A model generated the notes under the pieces. The model ran no database searches, was not told the origin of the DNA, and saw only the letters and a list, made by a program, of their open reading frames with translations. This document shows, piece by piece, positions 59,055 to 64,000 of a stretch of DNA of 64,000 bases. How positions within the stretch are numbered: the first letter of the stretch is position 1; every line of letters begins with the position of its first letter. A program made the position numbers and the translations under genes. The stretch is taken from the NCBI GenBank assembly GCA_000146465.1, contig CP001950.1; one strand, written 5' to 3'.

Positions 59055-60545
59055 GTTAATTACTTTATTGAACACAGCCAAGAGAACATTGATGATATAG
59101 CAGCCAGGATCGACGGATGTCTTCGGAAGAGGTTTGTGGAGAACGAGGTGGTGTCTGTTGTAAGGTCTGGGGAGTGGGGAAGGATTTCTCGAGTGGCTGG
59201 AGACAGGTATGTTGTAAGCATCCTGTCTCTAGATGGAGGGCGAGAGGAAAGGCTCCACTTTTCGGAGCTTGCAAGGAAGGACATGGCGGGGCGGACGGAG
59301 GTCAAGGGATATCTGCTTGGGATAACAATGGAAACTCCTTTTGGACGGGTGCTGAAGGAGAATGCATTCCGAAGCATAAGAGACTCTGGGGAAGTGATGA
59401 AATGCAAGGTTCCACAGAGCCAGTGCTATGAAGGGAGTTTTGTGTCTCGGAGGGGTGTTGGGGGGACGGAGAGAAGGAAATGGAAGACGGAGAAGGAAGG
59501 GCAAGGCTCGAGAGAGAAGAACGAGGAAAGGGAGACAGAGGGCAGTAGGGCGAAGCGGGCCTCCGTGCGAAAGGAGGGGACGAAGGAGACGAGTGTGAGT
59601 TCGATCCTCTTGGTGGGGCCTTCGCAGGCTCTGGAGATCCCGGGGCTTAGGAAGGAAGATATCGAGCTAGTGATGAAGATCTTTGGAGTGGTAGCAAACT
59701 TCGGGGGGTTTTTTGGGATCCAAGAGATTGATGTTTTGTCGCTAGGGAGGGCTATTGTTGATCCTTGGTATGAGGATGATACGATATGCAAGATCCATTT
59801 GAAGCTGATCTCTGGACTTCGGACAGAAATGGATTCTGTGGGGATGGAGGAGTTTGTGGAGAACAGCAAGGCATGCATTGAATGGGCCAAGGAGCAAGGA
59901 AGGGAGGAGGATTTGGCTGGAGATGGGGGGGAGATGGAGGAGTGTCTTGAACAGTCTCTGGGCTGTGGGGAAGAGGGCTGGAAGAAAGACCTAAGGAAGC
60001 TTATTGAGAGTATTTGCGATGATGGGGACACAGACATTTTTGGTATTGTGAGGAGCATCTCTGGAAGGAGCAGGGCTCTTGGGAGGGGAGAGATAAGAAA
60101 GAGGCTTGTTGTGATTGAGCTGCTGATGAACATGTTCTTTACAACAGAACAGTTCCGAGAGATTATATGGGAGAAGATGGAGGAGTCGAAGGATCTTGAG
60201 AAGAAGAAGAGGGAGCTCCAGACAAGGCTTAAGAGGAGTGTGGGATGGGATGGAGAGAGCAAGGAGGCAGGAGAAGGCTCTCGAGCCGAGATGGAGAAGG
60301 AGCTTGGGGACACAAGAGAGAAGATATTCCAGCTTCCTGTGAATACTGGGGTTGGAACTGTGGATGGGGTTGGGCTTCTTCATCTTGGGAGGAAGATCTA
60401 TGCAGCCTGGGAAGGAGACTACTATTTGGTGGGGAGAGACAGGCTGGCAGATCTATGTAAGAAATATAAGGCAAAGAACAAAGAGGAGAGACATGTGCTG
60501 GAAAGCATAGGACAGAACATAGAAGGGTTGAAAGGCCATCTTTGA
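58965..60545 (+). CDS. WAC/DDT-domain protein (Itc1/ACF1-like ISWI accessory subunit; tentative)
   Basis: N-terminus resembles a WAC domain (..DDIAARIDGCLRKRFVENEVVSV..RISRV..YVVSI..) and DIELVMKIFGVVANFGGFFGI....LGRAIVDPW a DDT/WHIM-like helix block; GGG before the ATG at 58965 (track start 58923 is GTG). Confidence 0.45.
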   Translation: MCSPAIEGPGEFIEFLKPLMIESPAIKKFIVNYFIEHSQENIDDIAARIDGCLRKRFVENEVVSVVRSGEWGRISRVAGDRYVVSILSLDGGREERLHFSELARKDMAGRTEVKGYLLGITMETPFGRVLKENAFRSIRDSGEVMKCKVPQSQCYEGSFVSRRGVGGTERRKWKTEKEGQGSREKNEERETEGSRAKRASVRKEGTKETSVSSILLVGPSQALEIPGLRKEDIELVMKIFGVVANFGGFFGIQEIDVLSLGRAIVDPWYEDDTICKIHLKLISGLRTEMDSVGMEEFVENSKACIEWAKEQGREEDLAGDGGEMEECLEQSLGCGEEGWKKDLRKLIESICDDGDTDIFGIVRSISGRSRALGRGEIRKRLVVIELLMNMFFTTEQFREIIWEKMEESKDLEKKKRELQTRLKRSVGWDGESKEAGEGSRAEMEKELGDTREKIFQLPVNTGVGTVDGVGLLHLGRKIYAAWEGDYYLVGRDRLADLCKKYKAKNKEERHVLESIGQNIEGLKGHL

Positions 60546-60567
60546 CTGTCTGTTTGTTTATGATGTA

Positions 60568-62010
60568 TTGGAAGGGGTTTTATCTGTGAGTAAACAACCA
60601 ATACAAATGGAAAGGCAGAGATTTACAAACCTGCTGAAGGATGGAGAGAGAGGGATTCCTCCGGAGTACAGCATGAGCTTGGGGAAACACTCTGTGACTG
60701 TGCGGAACCTAAAGAAAAAGTATCTTATAAACAAGATTACATTGCTAGACATCTACAACTACTACAGAACCCCGTTATCGGTATACACATCACAGAAGAT
60801 CAGGAACATGTTCGTAACGGCATCTCTGTGTCTTACTGTGTATCTGGCATCGAACATAGATTCAATCAGAAGCAACAAGATTCCGAGGCTTGGAGTAAAC
60901 TTCTCGTCTGCAGCCCTGGTTATTGGCGGGGTGTTTGTTGGCAGGGAGGCGATTTCGTATGCGATCAACTTCAGGAAGATGGTGTCTATATTCTACATGT
61001 ACAGATACATTCTGGAGAGAGACATGGAGGAGATCCGGTTCAAGGATGTTGTGTCGGGGATGATCAAGCTGGAAAGAGAGGTGCACAACAGAGACCTGGA
61101 GGAGAAGGATGTGCGGGACATTGTGAACCATAACAGGCTACTCCTTCTGTTGATGATGAGGAAGTTTCCTTCGATATTCCGGCCGGCATGTTCCAGGTTC
61201 CTGCTGCACATCCTCCATGGCTACATCCACAGAATAGAAGAGGGCCCTGTGGAAGAGCTGGGAGACGAGATCCGGGTGGTTTCGATTGGAATCTTCATAT
61301 TGTCCCCGGCGATTTCGATCTTCTTTATTCTGTACTACATTGCAAAGATCATAGAAAAGTCCCAGAGCAATATGTTCTATGTGTTCAAGAAGTCCCACAG
61401 GCCGTGGTTCAAGTACATGATGGCCAAAAGAAACGAGTATCCACACGAAACACACAGGAAGATACAGAAGGGAGCTGGATATCTAAACGGATTTTTTCTT
61501 TCAAGAAAGAGAGACTGCATCCCAAGGGTCTGCTCTGGGATCTCGTTTCTTCTGAGCTGTCTTGTGTTTCTGGTTGGATATCTTATTCTGAGCATCTTGG
61601 TTGCATCCAAGCCAAACCTGAGCCAGAGCCTTTCCCAGGATATAACTGTCTTTGGGAGGACAACAAACATAGTGTATCTCTCGTACCTCATGGGGGGAAT
61701 ATCCTGCTGCCTGAGATGTCTCAGCATCGAGTATGGGGTTTCGAACCGTCGAAAGATGTTTGCCAAGTGGTGTGTGCTGATGGAGCAGACGGAGGTGCTG
61801 AAGTACTGTGGAAGGCGGGGATCCCTTGAGGCGATTATGTCGAAGATCTTTGTTCCGCGTATATATTTATTTCTTGTAGAGATAGTGTCTCCATTTATTG
61901 TTCCTTTCCAGTTGGAAGGAATGAGAAGGAGGTTGGAGAGGATCCGGCAGGAGTTTGAATCTGTGGGGGAGGGGGAGTACGACAGGCGGGTCTCGATCCT
62001 TGATCTATGA
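60568..62010 (+). CDS. Multi-pass membrane protein of unknown function (faint, unverified similarity to the Atg9 core)
   Basis: 480 aa; ≥6 hydrophobic segments; DLEEKDVRDIVNHNRLLLLLMMRKF loosely recalls the Atg9 TELDIYHRILRFKNYMVA segment. Confidence 0.45.
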   Translation: MEGVLSVSKQPIQMERQRFTNLLKDGERGIPPEYSMSLGKHSVTVRNLKKKYLINKITLLDIYNYYRTPLSVYTSQKIRNMFVTASLCLTVYLASNIDSIRSNKIPRLGVNFSSAALVIGGVFVGREAISYAINFRKMVSIFYMYRYILERDMEEIRFKDVVSGMIKLEREVHNRDLEEKDVRDIVNHNRLLLLLMMRKFPSIFRPACSRFLLHILHGYIHRIEEGPVEELGDEIRVVSIGIFILSPAISIFFILYYIAKIIEKSQSNMFYVFKKSHRPWFKYMMAKRNEYPHETHRKIQKGAGYLNGFFLSRKRDCIPRVCSGISFLLSCLVFLVGYLILSILVASKPNLSQSLSQDITVFGRTTNIVYLSYLMGGISCCLRCLSIEYGVSNRRKMFAKWCVLMEQTEVLKYCGRRGSLEAIMSKIFVPRIYLFLVEIVSPFIVPFQLEGMRRRLERIRQEFESVGEGEYDRRVSILDL

Positions 62011-62037
62011 CGGGAGGAAACACGGCATGGATCATAT

Positions 62038-63102
62038 TCACAGATTGATTTCTTTGTGGGGTTCCAGAACACCCAGGTCTCGGAGCTTGTCGCTCACCAC
62101 AGATGCCTTGACAACATACTTACTTCCAAATCTTCTTACAAGCTCTCCGAGATCTTTACAGCGAAGAAGCTCTTTTTCAAGTTCCCCCAAAAGCTCTTCG
62201 GGAAATACTTCGCGCTCTACTAGTGGAAGAGAAATCCAGGAGGAGCAGAATGACGGAAATATAGTAAACTTACAGGAAGGAAATCCAAGACATGGCTTCC
62301 GACATGTTCTAGATGGCTCCATCCTTTCCGAATCCAACTCTATCCATTCACAACTACTTTCTTCCTCCGAAGATTCCTCTTCTGTGCTTTCAATAACTTC
62401 TGCATCCTCGCAATCTTCCCAATCAGAATCTTCCTCGTAGTCTAAAACTTGTGGAAGCCTTGTAAGGCTGTTTTTCACATAATGTTTCTGTCCTCCAAAT
62501 CCATAGAGAGGTGGCCTAAGCTGGTTGGAAAATTTGATGAAGGATAATCTTCTTGGATCTTGAATGTCTTTTCTTATGCGTATTGTGGAACTGAGAGGAC
62601 TCGAAGGCATGCTGACTGCTGTCTCCTTGTCGAAGCATATTGGGGAAAATAGTCCAAGCATATCCGCCGAAGGCTTCTTTATGCCTTCTACCTGAATAAA
62701 TCTCAGCATACCAGAAGTGTTTGCTTCTTCTTTTTCTGTATCTCTCTCCAAGCCAGAAATCCCTTTATCTTTAGCTTTTTTCTTTCTCGCTCTCTTCAAT
62801 AGGCTTCGAACACCTTTAGAGATTCCATCAAGGCTCTTAAGAAAGTATATATTTCCCTCTCCACTTACTTCCACATCGAAATTGGACTCAACAGCCTTCT
62901 TCAGACTATTTACTCTGTCTTTTCTCCTCTTCGACGTTTTTTTATACGAATATAGGATTTTGTCCATCCAATAGTAGTCCACCTTCTGCTTCCCTTCTAC
63001 TAGGAGAGCTATAAGATCTAGAGGAACCTCTTCTTCTCGTCCTCTCTTCCACTCATGCAGAATCTTTAGCACTTCCGGATGGAATAAAACATCCGTAATC
63101 AT
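62038..63102 (-). CDS. Acidic (D/E/S-rich) protein of unknown function
   Basis: Start at the MITDVLFHPEV ATG (track start is non-ATG); long acidic tract EEDSDWEDCEDAEVIESTEEESSEEESS. Confidence 0.4.
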   Translation of the reverse strand: MITDVLFHPEVLKILHEWKRGREEEVPLDLIALLVEGKQKVDYYWMDKILYSYKKTSKRRKDRVNSLKKAVESNFDVEVSGEGNIYFLKSLDGISKGVRSLLKRARKKKAKDKGISGLERDTEKEEANTSGMLRFIQVEGIKKPSADMLGLFSPICFDKETAVSMPSSPLSSTIRIRKDIQDPRRLSFIKFSNQLRPPLYGFGGQKHYVKNSLTRLPQVLDYEEDSDWEDCEDAEVIESTEEESSEEESSCEWIELDSERMEPSRTCRKPCLGFPSCKFTIFPSFCSSWISLPLVEREVFPEELLGELEKELLRCKDLGELVRRFGSKYVVKASVVSDKLRDLGVLEPHKEINL

Positions 63103-63409
63103 AAAAAGGATAAGAATAAAACAATATAAAGATATTGGGAAGATACAATGGCAATATGTTCTTTCTACCAAATACTTCCCATCATACCCACAGTTTCATG
63201 GGGATTATATGAAGGATACCCTGGCTCTTCCCCTTCTTTAGACAAGAATAAGCATCCAACTAAAAGCCCCTCTTCAAGTTCCGGCCCCTTTAAAGCCAAA
63301 CCGCCAAGGATGTTTTTACTAAACAGTTGTCCACTATTCTTATGATTCCCCTTCTAATTGGCCAATTATAGTGAGGACTCCCACATACGCTCCAATAGCA
63401 GTGCCCTTA

Positions 63410-64000
63410 ATGAATCATATCAACCGTATCCGAGATATACTCATCAACCTTGATTCACAAAGCTCTCTTCATGAAGAAACAGTTGCAGAATGTGCATTGG
63501 TATATTATTATAATGCTGTAAGTAAGTTTCTGAATGGAATCCTCTTCTATGAGGAGAAGTTAAATGAAGTCTTGGAGTCTTTGAACAACAAGCTCAATTC
63601 ACAGAGTGAAAAGGGAATTAACGCGGTCAAAGAAACTCTGGACACACTTCGTAGGCTTAAGGAGACAATACAACCTAAAATCGAATGTCCTTTTAACCAA
63701 CTTTCTCATCCTCCAGAACTAACAAATATTGAAATCCTCGAGTACAACTTCAAAACTTTTGAAGAGTACTTCAAAGCAATCGATAGAATGGTTTCTTCGG
63801 AAGGACAGATTCCATTTGAAGAGTTCAAGGATGCACTCAGGAATGTCTTGCCATATGTCGATTATCCACTGACCCACAGTACAGGATCCCATTCTATTGT
63901 TCTCAAAAACGTATTTCTTCAACTCTTGGGGGAGTATAATGTCTCTGCTGTATTTGAAAATACCTGTCTCAATAAGTATTATGAAAACTTAAGAATAATA
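63410..64000 (+). CDS. Second member of the coiled-coil/7-TM family, 5' part; the ORF runs off the 3' edge of the window (absent from the ORF track because it has no stop in the window)
   Basis: ATG at 63410 with CCC context. YEEKLNEVLESLNNKLNSQSEKGINAVKETLDTLRRLKETI aligns with B1's YEKNLKDILEELENQNITNKEEGISSVKKALEVLETLEKDV. Open frame to nt 64000. Confidence 0.55.
   Translation, partial: MNHINRIRDILINLDSQSSLHEETVAECALVYYYNAVSKFLNGILFYEEKLNEVLESLNNKLNSQSEKGINAVKETLDTLRRLKETIQPKIECPFNQLSHPPELTNIEILEYNFKTFEEYFKAIDRMVSSEGQIPFEEFKDALRNVLPYVDYPLTHSTGSHSIVLKNVFLQLLGEYNVSAVFENTCLNKYYENLRII

Noticed and set aside
63300-63400. GTTTTTACTAAACAG in the 63171-63410 spacer, resembling the U5 snRNA loop I (CUUUUACUAAAG)
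   Set aside because: There is no convincing flanking stem or Sm site (only AAUUGG) and it is too short to call an snRNA.

Overview
This 64 kb window is an extremely gene-dense, almost intron-free eukaryotic chromosomal segment with about 70 protein-coding genes. Intergenic spacers are mostly 20-150 bp, and several genes abut or overlap. The encoded proteins are short, divergent versions of fungal/opisthokont housekeeping proteins (XRN 656 aa, Pol-delta B subunit 425 aa, Rpd3-type HDAC 359 aa). Start codons are very often preceded within ~15 nt by a CCC or GGG triplet. There is one 25-nt GTAAGT...CTAAT..AG intron. Together this is the signature of a microsporidian genome with Encephalitozoon-type transcription signals; this assignment is inference from gene content and architecture only. 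Recognisable genes include: pyruvate kinase, PDH E1-alpha, RPL3, deoxyhypusine synthase, DPH3, class-I HDAC, La, XRN2/Rat1, Pol31, Rad52, Elf1, Prp40, proteasome beta, an Rrp41-like exosome subunit, Pop5, septin, PP2A-like phosphatase, two cyclins, a homeobox protein, ZIP transporter, Arv1, Lunapark, Yos1, Sec61-beta, SPC3, GPI8, PIG-V, an L-type lectin, Tom70 and Sam50 (mitosome import), a UBA3-like E1, Trm7/FtsJ, Tad3, Tma46 and a Gir2-like RWD protein. The provided ORF track uses TTG/GTG/CTG as starts, so many listed N-termini are artefacts; I re-anchored starts on ATGs with CCC/GGG context where possible. The most unusual content is a lineage-specific gene family with a coiled-coil N-domain and a ~7-TM C-domain. 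It is present as a full copy at 54072-55571, a second diverged member running off the 3' edge (63410->64000), and a 98%-identical truncated copy at 3514-4262. The truncated copy is fused, through a sharp breakpoint at 3513/3514, to a 97%-identical duplicate of the promoter plus first ~50 codons of an unrelated WAC/DDT (Itc1-like) gene (58707-59054). It is therefore a recent chimeric segmental duplication. Other notable points are a 25-nt intron in the E1 gene, a 1-nt frameshift in the conserved Trm7/FtsJ methyltransferase, and an EF2-family GTPase with a degenerate P-loop. No rRNA, tRNA, CRISPR or transposon was recognised.
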